Shown here piece after piece: positions 49,912-59,817 of a DNA stretch of 64,000 nt (positions are counted from its first letter, which is position 1; each line of letters starts with the position of its first letter). Made by a program: the position numbers and the translations under genes. Below the pieces are notes generated by a model that saw only the letters and a program-made list of their open reading frames with translations, did no database searches and had not been told where the DNA came from. Origin of the DNA: Nymphaea colorata (lineage: Eukaryota); contig NC_045138.2 in the NCBI RefSeq assembly GCF_008831285.2, positions 18,724,001 through 18,788,000 of the forward strand, given 5' to 3'.

Positions 49912-51939
49912 TCACCATTTTGCTTTGCCGCTGCTGGTCTCGCGACCGGCCTTGTAGCATATGCGGCAATCGCACCGGCCAAGTTCCTGGCAGCGGCGGA
50001 GGCACCGGTTCCGGCACTCCTTCTCCATCTTTCGGTCACTTTCTTCCTCCTCCTCCTCTTCGCCAGCCTCGAGCCTCCGGTCGTTAATCTTGCACCATTT
50101 CCGGCATTCTTGCTTGCTGAATCGAAGTTCTTGGCACTCATCAAAGCATTTCTCATACCTCTTGCTGCCATCGTAGACTTCGAACATAATGCTACCGGCA
50201 TCGCCATTGCCATCTACCTGGCCCTTATGGCCGTGGCCCCCCCTGCGCTCCTCTTCGCAGCGGCGGGAGCACTCGTACTGCTCCTGTTTGCTTCCTCCCT
50301 TCCGGCTGCACTCTATCCTGCAGTCCGTGTGGTGGTTCACGCCGGCGTAAGACTTCTCGACGGTGCTGCTATCGTGCTCGCGCCTGCACTCATGCTCGCA
50401 CCGCTGGCGCTGGTGTTTGTGGAGCTCCTTCCCGCTGCATTCCCTCCTGCACCTCTCAGGATCTTTGGCCTTAATGATCGAGTAGAACCCGAAGGGAGCG
50501 TTGTCAACGCCGCCGTTGCTGTCCTGAGACCTCCGGCCGTTATCGCCCCCACTACGTTGTTCCTCGCACCGGCGACTGCACTCGTACTGCTCTTGTTTGC
50601 TTCCTCCCTTCCTGCTGCACTCCATTCTGCAGTCCACGTGGTGATTCACGCCGGCGAAAGATTTCTGGTTGGTGCTGCCATCGTGCTCGCGCTTGCAGTG
50701 GCGCTCGCACCGGAGACGTTGGTGCTCGTCAAGCCCACTCCCGCTGCACTCCCTCCTGCACCTCTCAGGATCTTTGGCCTTGATGATCGAGTAGATCCCG
50801 AAGGGCGCGTTGTCAACGCCACCATTGCTGTCCTGATACTTTCGGCCGTTATCGCCCAGCCTACGTTGTTCCTCGCAGCGGATCCTGCACTCGTACTGCT
50901 CTTGCTTGCTTCCTCCTTTCCTGCTGCACTCCATCCTACAGTCCCTGAGATGCCTCAGGCTGGACAGAGTATTTTCGTCGCTGCTGTCGTCGTTCTCCCG
51001 CATGCACTCGCGTTCACACCGCCGCCGGTGGTACTCGTCGAGTCCGCTGCCTCTACAATCCCTCTTGCACCTCTCAGGATCTTTGGTGTTAACGATTGAG
51101 TAGACCATGGCTGCTTTATCGCCGGTGCCGCCAGTCCCATCCTGATACTTGCTAGTGTTATCGCCGTGCTCCCGCCTGCGCTGCTCCTCACAGCGGCGCA
51201 AGCACTCGTCCTGATCTTGCTTGCTTCCTACCCTCCTCTTGCACTCCATGCTACAACCCCTGAGGTGACTCCCGCCGGCGTACATTTTCTCGTCACCACT
51301 GTCATCGTGCTCGCTCCTGCAGTCGCTTTCGCACCGGCGGCGCAGGCGCTCGTCGAGGCCCCTGCCGCTGCACTCCCTTCTACAGCTCTCAGGATCTTTG
51401 GTCTTAGCGATAGGGTAGAACCCGGGGGCCGCCTTGTCAACATCGCCGTTACCATCCTGATACTTCCGGCCGTTATCCCTGTGCCCCTGCTTGCTCTGTT
51501 CCTCGCACCGGCGCCAACAGTCGTACTGCTCCTGCTTGCTTCCTCTCTTCCTGCTGCACTCCATCCTACAGTGCCTCTGATTATTCACGCCGGTGTAAAG
51601 CTCCTCGTTGCCATTGCCACTGCCGCGGTCGCGCCGGCACTCTCGCTCGCACCGGCGGCGCTGGGGCTCGTCGAGGCCCCTCCTGCTGCACTCCCTCCTG
51701 CACGCCTGAGCATCTTTGACCTCGCTGATCGAGTAGAACGTGGAGGCCTCTTCATACTTTTTATACGGACACTTTATCTGGCAGAACTTGACCTTCCATA
51801 TCTCGCGATACTCTTGTGCACATTGTTTCTTGCAGTCCGTCTTCTGCTGCAAGGAGGCTTTCCCAGAGGCGGTAGAGAGGGACAGGAAAAATAAGATCGC
51901 GGAGAGACATAGGAGCAGAATGGCGCGGTTGGACGCCAT
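49912..51939 (-). CDS. Secreted multi-module alpha-hairpinin-like (vicilin-buried-peptide-like) precursor, 675 aa, intronless, no cupin domain
   Basis: Signal peptide MASNRAILLLCLSAILFFLSLSTAS, then 12 C-X3-C-Xn-C-X3-C modules (n=12 in eleven, n=9 in the twelfth), an acidic tract and a terminal 6-Cys module. The ORF is intact and has an upstream TATA box. Confidence 0.9.
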   Translation of the reverse strand: MASNRAILLLCLSAILFFLSLSTASGKASLQQKTDCKKQCAQEYREIWKVKFCQIKCPYKKYEEASTFYSISEVKDAQACRRECSRRGLDEPQRRRCERECRRDRGSGNGNEELYTGVNNQRHCRMECSRKRGSKQEQYDCWRRCEEQSKQGHRDNGRKYQDGNGDVDKAAPGFYPIAKTKDPESCRRECSGRGLDERLRRRCESDCRSEHDDSGDEKMYAGGSHLRGCSMECKRRVGSKQDQDECLRRCEEQRRREHGDNTSKYQDGTGGTGDKAAMVYSIVNTKDPERCKRDCRGSGLDEYHRRRCERECMRENDDSSDENTLSSLRHLRDCRMECSRKGGSKQEQYECRIRCEEQRRLGDNGRKYQDSNGGVDNAPFGIYSIIKAKDPERCRRECSGSGLDEHQRLRCERHCKREHDGSTNQKSFAGVNHHVDCRMECSRKGGSKQEQYECSRRCEEQRSGGDNGRRSQDSNGGVDNAPFGFYSIIKAKDPERCRRECSGKELHKHQRQRCEHECRREHDSSTVEKSYAGVNHHTDCRIECSRKGGSKQEQYECSRRCEEERRGGHGHKGQVDGNGDAGSIMFEVYDGSKRYEKCFDECQELRFSKQECRKWCKINDRRLEAGEEEEEEESDRKMEKECRNRCLRRCQELGRCDCRICYKAGRETSSGKAKW
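50190..51735 (-). repeat. Five intragenic repeats of 309-318 bp, each encoding two hairpins (A and B)
   Basis: The KD anchor (+ strand ATCTTT) occurs at 50461, 50770, 51079, 51394 and 51712, giving spacings of 309, 309, 315 and 318 bp. Confidence 0.92.
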
Positions 51940-52010
51940 GGCTGAGCAACAAGAGAATTTGCTGAAAATCGTCGCTGCGGTTTGATGGTGGTGACAGAGG
52001 AGCCAGTGGC

Positions 52011-52120
52011 TTTTATAGAGAGAAAGACAGGTGGGGAGTGGCTGTTGATTGAAGGGACGTTGGCCCGCTGAAGGTGAAGCTGTACCGACGGAGGACGTAT
52101 GGGCGTGGCGAGTTGAAGAC
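52011..52120 (-). promoter_or_regulatory. Proximal promoter of the hairpin polyprotein gene, collinear with the vicilin promoter
   Basis: TATAAAA at 52017-52011. Blocks AGGTGAAGCT (52072-52081), GGAGGACGTATGGG and GAGTTGAAGAC parallel blocks in 48388-48440. Confidence 0.6.
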
Positions 52121-55100
52121 GATCCGAGGAAGCCGGAACAAATTTGTCAATGAGTTTTAGTTAGTGCAGTAGACTCGCTCGGCACGTCTTCTCAACACTT
52201 GCCTTCCTGCTGGTTGTACCGTGGCCAAGCACTTAACGAAAAAGCAGGAATACTTCGTTCAGTTTGAATCCATTCAAAGCTCATACAAGGGAATTGCTAT
52301 AAGCATACCAGAATCCAAAGATGGGTGGCTCATGCTCGATTTTTCTATAATTGGAAGTGCTAGCTTTTCTTTAGAATGAAAGACGCAACCAGGACCATGC
52401 ATTTAAGCATCAATATTTAAGGTATGAATATCTGATATCAGAATATGTATAGTTCCCTATGTAAAATACGTATAACACCCGAAAATGATCTGATCTCAGC
52501 TCTCTCCTAGGAGAATGCAAGCACAAATAAAGGCTTGAGGCTTCATCAGTTAGATCTACTATGCACAGGTGCATGTACCTTGAACTGTAAGCATTACGAC
52601 CTTACGAACGTAATTGCTGAGATTGCAATTTCATGAGGGGTCTGAAGATCTGCTAATGAACCAAGAAGTTCGAAGTCATTCAAATGTAGACTTGGTTCTC
52701 TGAGACAAGTTGAAATTAGACACAATAACCTTTACCAAATTATGAGAACAGCAGCAAGAAAACTCCCGTGCTTCTGGGTCCTCTTAAATTTAGGTATTAT
52801 CCAGGTAAACAGAAGCCCTTGTTGGCTTATGAAACCGTACTGATGATAATCCACAAACCATCCAGCTTTGAACGAACTGATATCTTATAGTGAGTACCAT
52901 CCATGGTAATTCTCGTTCCACCAATCATCTATCGAAACCATTTTTACCCTCTCTTTCTTGGTTTTAGAGAGACTGAGTCGTCTGGTCCATTTGGCAAGAC
53001 TCAGGTACAAGCATCAAATTGAGCAAGTTTTCAGAACCCATACTTGAGTGAATTCCTTGCCAGAGCGAATGGAACCAACTTGGGCACTGCCTGCAAATCA
53101 ATGAAAATTTTTTTGTAAGTGTATAAGATCCAACGAACAGACTGACAGCTCTGGAGAATCAGATGTACATGGATCAAATATGGATCCTATACGTTGACCA
53201 CCAACAACGCCTCTTCCAGCAGACAAAGGGCCACCTGAAACGGTAAGAGCATGTAAACAATGACAAGCTCCAAAGTATGGAAGGGAACAGGCACAATCAT
53301 GCAGAGGCAGCCAAGAATCTGTGAAAAGGAAAAACTACATTAGCAATGAAAATCTCCTTCCAAGTGGATAAAAGGAACTTCATGCCTCGTGCATCTTGTA
53401 TCTTTCATTGCAATACACAATCATCCCATTTTCTCAAGATCAATGAAAAGGCGACGCGACAATTATTTGAGTATGCAAAAAATTACTGTGCTTCCACACC
53501 ACACGAATAACTTGATGGTCCTCATCAAGGATCTACCTCCTCTTGCTCATCTAACCTCCGGACCATGCAAACGTCCAGAATTCAGCTATGCATGAAATTA
53601 GGCAGCTTCGTTACATGTTACAGTGGTCAAATCAGGCGGACCAAGCCTAAGTCTTGGCAAGTCATCTTCTAAACCTTGGTCTGAAGAAGAGAATGTTGTA
53701 GAATTTACAAATAGCTCGATCAGTGACTGATTGTTCAGGAAAGCAAGGTTACAATTCCCAGAAACGGGTATTAGAAAAATTAGCTTAACCAGTAACCAAA
53801 CATATTACAGGGTCAGCAGCCAACCTTCCCTGTATTAGATCCACCAGTGTCCTTGCAAGTTGAGTGCCTCCAAGCTCCAAAAGAAAACCAAAGCGTTTCA
53901 AATAAACATGATCAACTTAAACGAACACTGTCTTGAGAGTCAAAATTCCATCCGAACTCAGGAGAGTTCTGGTAGCTCGTGATATGGAAGGCCACAAGGG
54001 TTTGCCTTTTCAACTTTTTCCCAATGAAGACATCTAAAACATTTCTGCAGTGACGGACGGTGTGATTACACAGAATGAAAATCAATGGCCAAACCAAACC
54101 AGATCCTTCTTTTCGTGAGGAGCATGCGCGTCCATGCAAAGACATATAAACTGTCTTCACAACAAAAGTTAGTCAGCCAGCTATTTTGACCTTTCCCGGA
54201 AACATCTATAACCTCAGACACACTGAGAACGATTAGACATACATCTTTAGATGCCTGATGAAAACCAGCATGTTCCAGAACCAATAAATCTTTTTCCACA
54301 TTTTCCACAATGAGCCAAAAATGTTCATTCCTTTGGAGGAAAGCAGACGAACCTTCCTGTTCATTTAATTGGAGATAAACTGAGTTAGCACCACACCCTA
54401 GAGAAAATTGACGCATTTCGATGGACATTCTTCAGATTATGCCACTAAATGGGAGATAAGGAAAGTTCCCAGATATAACCAAAAGAAATTGTACCCCATA
54501 AAAGGCAGTCAGTAAGTAAAACACACAGAAATCAACTACTTGGTGAAAGCAAAACAGGAAATCCCTAGTAAGACAGGATATGGAACCCATTCTATGTGTG
54601 TGCTGGGAGAGAGAGGAACAGAGAGATCTAACCATTTTCATATTAAGGTGTGATCGTGCATGTGTGCAGAGACAAGTGAACATGCTGTGGAAACTGCAGG
54701 TTCACAGATCAAACTCATTTTTTCTCCATTTGAATCCATAAATGTAGTATATAGGCCGAATAATACTTTTGAATTATAAAATTCATTGCTTCCAAAAGGT
54801 TTTCTGATGACAAAATCAACAGCATGAATGTACTATGGTTCGTAGAAGTATAATTCTCATTGAATAAAACATGCACCAAGTGATTTTTCCCAACAAAACA
54901 AACCATGATAAAGACATCGACCAGGAAAATATCAAAGTATGAACTGTGAGATCAATTCAATAGGTTGTAGCAAACACATTAATGTGTGTCCCCATGCCAG
55001 AGGGAGAGAGAAAGCGGAGTCCCTTGTAATGCCTTCTAATTAGTGAATTTTCTTTCCTTGGTCTAGGAAAGGTAGGAGATGCAACTCTAGAGAATCGAGA

Positions 55101-55481
55101 TCATAATTTGGTAACGAGTGATAAACATGCTAAAGGTAAATACCAGCACATGTTTTTCCATACCTAGACACGGTAGAAAATTGGGACAACTATGGAACAT
55201 AAGGATCAATGGCGCTCCATATATCATCATCATGAACACCTCCTTTTCCAGATTGGAAATTCAACTGTCCAGCAGCTATGTTATATGCACAAATGCAGAA
55301 AGCTGCAGCCAGTTTATAGAGTGTCCAGTATGCATTATGAGGAAGGAATTAATAACAGGAGTAAAAAACAACAATAGAACAACCAGTTTGAGACTGCGAT
55401 GATGTTGGGTTCTTGAACTTCCGGCTATATGGTATGCCTCAAAAACTGGCTATCCAAGTCCCCGAGAACATGTAGGTTGGT

Positions 55482-57824
55482 TCAGGTCAAGCCAACCCAA
55501 CTCTTGAAAACTAAGGCCTCTTCCCTTTTCCTGCATTGAGCTTCAGTCTGGAAGTTAGAAGCCTTTTTGTTCTTGTAAAGTGTTCGGTGGTATTTTAAGA
55601 AAAGTTGCCTGTACTTGAACTTGTCAATGAACATGCCTGTATGTTCCATCATATTGACTACTTCGTTAGCTCTCTGAAAAAATCCACCTCTAACAAAGTT
55701 GTACAACACAGAGTCCAGCAGTTCTTGGTCAAATCTGATAGCAGAAGAAGGGAACATTTTCATTTCACCCCATAACTCCGCAATCTCTTGGTATTTTCCC
55801 CCTACGGCAGAGTATCCAGTCACCAAGGAATGAAATGTCTGTGCATTTGGAAGATGCCCAAGCGCCTTCATCTTCTTCAGAGCCTTTCGTGCATCTTGCA
55901 TCAACTGCTTCTTACAGAAAAAATGAATCACATTGTTCCAGTCATGCACACCATACTGCAACTTTTGGTCATCATTGATTTCTTCTAACAGTTTTACCAT
56001 CAACTTTGATTGACCGCTAGCTTCACATTCTTTTATCACTGAGTCAAAACCATCATAACTGTTGCTTGAAATCCTTGCCTCCTTCATCTCCTTGAAGAGT
56101 CCAAGTGCACCGTGGATATCCTTCCGAGACACCTGTGTATGAATAAGAGCCTCATAACAACTAGCATCAAGTTGGACCCCACATTTTCGTGCATCATTTA
56201 GGAGACATGTGATTTCACCAATTTTATTCAACCTACAATAGGCTTTAAGTAGGGACGAATAGACAGAAGAACCAGTTCTAACGCCCGCAACTCTCATCTC
56301 ATCAAGAAGGTCATGTGCCTCTTCCAGTTTCCCAACTGAGATGCAAGCATGAATGACTTGCACAGGAATGGAGTTCTCTATGGACATGGGAGTCTCTTCT
56401 TTATTTGCTGAAATTAAAAATGCAGCCAAATCAGCTACTTTCCGCAGTTCCAGAAAGGCTCTGACAAGCTTTGCATATACTTTCTCTGTTGGGTACAGAA
56501 TCCCATTTTCTGATCCCACCAGGTAAACATGATTACTTATTCTATGCAATAGCAAGGAGAGCAACGCTTTGGCCTCTGTCTCAAGTCTCAAGTACTTCCA
56601 ATCCTGACAAAAGTCAACAAATGATGGCAGAGAAGTTTCTGTTGGCCTAGGAAAGCTTGAAAATGAATTATCACCTAGACTGTTACCTGTACCAGTTTTC
56701 TCCAGATATCCTTGTTTATGAGATTCGATGGCTTCTACAACTGACATGGCTGCCTTAAGAGACACTCGTGCTTCCTTTGCCTTTCGGAGCATTTCCAAAA
56801 CTATCTCCGATGCAGATTTCAGATCACCAAAATTCAGATGGCAGGTAAGCAAACAGTTATAGAACTCTTGATACTGACGGTCTCCAATTTGACAGCTTTC
56901 ATCTATGTGCCGCCTCAGTTTCTTGATTTCATCAATGCGCCCATTTTTCTCACAGATGTGTGCCATCATAATCAATAATGTAACGTCAGCTTTCAACCCA
57001 ATGCGAGGCATCATCTCTAGAAGCTGTTCTGCTTTCCTTGTAGATCCATGAACCAGACAAGCACTCAAACAAATGTTGAACACTAAAGCATTAGGTTTCA
57101 TGGCAAGCAGCAAACTGTTGGACTTTTTTCGAGGATCCACTCTGTTGTCCTTAAAAAAATGGCACTTCTCAAGCACCATCTCAGCAGCCAGCCAAGCACC
57201 AGATGCAGATAATGACATATACGCTGCTATAGAGGACCATGCATTTATAGATGGGAATTCCTCCATCTGCACCATTTTCCTTAAAATCGTAGATGCAGGG
57301 ACTGGTAATCCAGCCCTTGCAAGGACATAAGAAAGAAAAAGAAGAGTGTCTTTCTCCAACAAATTCCTTTTATGCTCGTCAAAAGCCAAGACTGTCACAC
57401 CATAAGCTTTATCAAGCCACTGGCGGTCCTGGCTTTCAGCCAGACAACAGATGAGTTTGTTGATAACAGATTTTCTAGGAAAACCTTCAATCTGTTTATA
57501 CCGCTCATAAGCATTCCAGGCATCTTCATATCTCCGTTCATCAAGTGCGTTCCCAAGTTCTAAAGCTAGCTGAGATGGATCCCTAGCCCGGACAAGAATC
57601 GATTCATCTGTAAAAGATGCCGAAGCCTGGGAGGAACAACAGCACTTAGAGCAGTATGCTGGTTCAATGCTGTTCCTATTGCATGAACCCTGACCAACCA
57701 CCTGAGCCCTTGCATGGAACAACGGTCGATAATTACCAACATCAACTACTGGCAATAGGTTGGGTGCTGAAAGTGAACCAATCAACCGGTATCCAAACCT
57801 TCGAAGCAATCGGACATTAGTCAT
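55482..57824 (-). CDS. P-class pentatricopeptide repeat protein, probably mitochondrial (At1g03100-like), intronless CDS of 780 aa
   Basis: First ATG is at 57824 (the ORF track starts at an upstream TTG). Arg-rich, acid-poor N-terminus. PPR motifs such as PNALVFNICLSAC, VYSSLLKAYC, DWNNVIHFFC, PNAQTFHSLVTGY. C-terminus FIDKFKYRQLFLKYH...FKSWVGL. No E/DYW domain. Orthology is from memory. Confidence 0.93.
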   Translation of the reverse strand: MTNVRLLRRFGYRLIGSLSAPNLLPVVDVGNYRPLFHARAQVVGQGSCNRNSIEPAYCSKCCCSSQASASFTDESILVRARDPSQLALELGNALDERRYEDAWNAYERYKQIEGFPRKSVINKLICCLAESQDRQWLDKAYGVTVLAFDEHKRNLLEKDTLLFLSYVLARAGLPVPASTILRKMVQMEEFPSINAWSSIAAYMSLSASGAWLAAEMVLEKCHFFKDNRVDPRKKSNSLLLAMKPNALVFNICLSACLVHGSTRKAEQLLEMMPRIGLKADVTLLIMMAHICEKNGRIDEIKKLRRHIDESCQIGDRQYQEFYNCLLTCHLNFGDLKSASEIVLEMLRKAKEARVSLKAAMSVVEAIESHKQGYLEKTGTGNSLGDNSFSSFPRPTETSLPSFVDFCQDWKYLRLETEAKALLSLLLHRISNHVYLVGSENGILYPTEKVYAKLVRAFLELRKVADLAAFLISANKEETPMSIENSIPVQVIHACISVGKLEEAHDLLDEMRVAGVRTGSSVYSSLLKAYCRLNKIGEITCLLNDARKCGVQLDASCYEALIHTQVSRKDIHGALGLFKEMKEARISSNSYDGFDSVIKECEASGQSKLMVKLLEEINDDQKLQYGVHDWNNVIHFFCKKQLMQDARKALKKMKALGHLPNAQTFHSLVTGYSAVGGKYQEIAELWGEMKMFPSSAIRFDQELLDSVLYNFVRGGFFQRANEVVNMMEHTGMFIDKFKYRQLFLKYHRTLYKNKKASNFQTEAQCRKREEALVFKSWVGLT

Positions 57825-59313
57825 TGCCACCAAATACTTGTGAATATAACCTCAAATTACAACCTCATTCATATCAAAATAGGATCTCTGAAAGCTCTTC
57901 ATGTTTACCACCAAAATAGCTGCAAAAAGGACAACGAAATAAAACACCTCAGCACTAAAAGCCATCTTTTTCGGCTCACAGCAACAGGATGGTACTACGC
58001 AGTTATTTGAATCTAACTATTTGCGCAACACAACACTTGTCCACAGAAGCAGGACTACCCAGCAAAACTTCAATGATGTCCAGACCGCACCAGGGCCGTC
58101 TTACCTCAGGTTCCCGCTCCGGTAGGCCGGAGACACACAGAAATTTCACCATTACAGGGACGCACTCAGTCTGATCAACTGAATCAATACTCATTTTAGT
58201 CAGTTCTGTCATATGCATGTGTTGCTCCTATTTTTAGGACCCGGTGCCCTCTATATTCTAGCAGAAGGTGTTCCCACCGTCTAGTTAATAAAGAAAGAAC
58301 TCACCTTTCGTCTAACTGAAGAACACTCTGTCCCATTCATCTACCTTCCGGCAGTCCTGCCTCCATCGCCGGATTTTGATTGGGTTAACCAAGGAATGGT
58401 GGGAGAGACTAAGATCATCCAGAGAAAATAAAAGGAAAAGCGAAACGACCAAGATCACAGAAGACGAGGCTTGTGGCTCACCGGAGAAGGGGGCGAGTGT
58501 CCGAACAACCAATGATGATTCCTGTGGACGCCGGCCAGTGGTAGCGGTGGTTCCGCACGAACGCTTCCGGGAGCAGTCCTTTCTCGAGGTGGTTTCCTTC
58601 CATCGGTGTAAACAACAAGTGTTCGGGCCGAGATAGGCAGAAACGGCCCACGTATTAATAAAAAGATAGTTTAAACCTAGCAATAAGGGAAAAAATAATT
58701 AATTTGATATACTTTTATTTTCTTTTTCAAAAATAATTTCACCTGCATTCACCAAATCGACGCCCTAGAAGGTTCCTGAATCTGCTGATTCACCAGATCA
58801 ACACCTTGGCCGATTCGGTTCATAACAGAGTTTTATAACTTGACACAATTGATCAGCCTTGATTTAGGCTCAACAAGTCCACTCCGATCATACAAAAGTA
58901 GATCGCGGCTCCACCAGCTGAATGGCATCATTCTAGCCACACCGTAATGGGCCTAGGTCGATCCGTTTAGGTCTGATCGGACCACGTCGAGCTTGGTCTC
59001 ACTAGTTTCAAGCAGACCAAGAATAGACCAAAGAGCAATTAACTAATTGGAACCAGGCCCCAATAATGCAGTGTTCCAATTCTCAAACAGGCATATTGTT
59101 TAGGACGACAGATTTACTGAACATTGTAACACAATAGTTCAAAAATATTTACTTCAATCTTTAACACAGATACATGAAACAGTGTTATTATTGTCATTGC
59201 CAAATGATCTCCGAAGCAAATGTTGTGTATAATGGAGATACTAGGATGGTCTTAGTTCGCATACCAATTCGAGTTAGGTGTGTGCAACGCAGATGGAAGA
59301 GAGAAATCGCTGC

Positions 59314-59817
59314 CTATGTGCAGATCATTTTTGAGCTCCCTGCTTTGATTCAAAGGGGGTTGAGTTAAACAAAAGTCGCCACGTTTATTAGCAGAACAAT
59401 TTTGAGAGAAGATTTTCCATACAACTGTGTATATGTAAAAGTTTGGCACAGCTAGAAAAACACGAAAAAACGGTAAAACCCTGAACTAACGCTTTTTATA
59501 TATATATTTTTAAAAAAAAGCTTCTTTTCACATTTTAGTCGGCTGATTAAGCTTTAATGTTTTAAACACATATTTTGTGAATAATACACATTTTCTGCGG
59601 CTATGAACAAACAAATGAACTCCTACGTCAGTCAGCAGATTAGTTTGATCACATCAAAATTTTAAGGAAGGAAAGGGGAAGGCTTCAACCCTTCTTCGAG
59701 CAGCTCCTGCTCACCTGAAAACTTGATCACATCGAGGATACATCTGTCCACAGCATGATCTTCCCTGATCAGCTTCCAACGCCCATGCCACACAACAGCC
59801 AAGGTATGAGCTTCTCT
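59314..59817 (-). other. Putative 3' exons (59817-59715 and 59339 onward) of a minus-strand gene extending beyond the window
   Basis: Pyrimidine-rich acceptor ...TTGGCTTCCAG| before 59817, strong donor CAG|GTGAGC after 59715, acceptor before 59339. One frame reads REAHTLAVVWHGRWKLIREDHAVDRCILDVIKFSG-SSKMICT*. Product not recognised and the exons may be UTR. Confidence 0.3.

Noticed and set aside
50110..51894. Long + strand ORFs (329 aa and 242 aa), Ala/Leu/Pro-rich
   Set aside because: Antisense shadows of the GC-rich repetitive hairpin gene, with no independent domain signal.
35156..51939. NLR, vicilin and hairpin genes as one co-regulated defence cluster
   Set aside because: Only proximity supports it, and an unrelated membrane-protein gene intervenes; the vicilin-hairpin link is reported separately.
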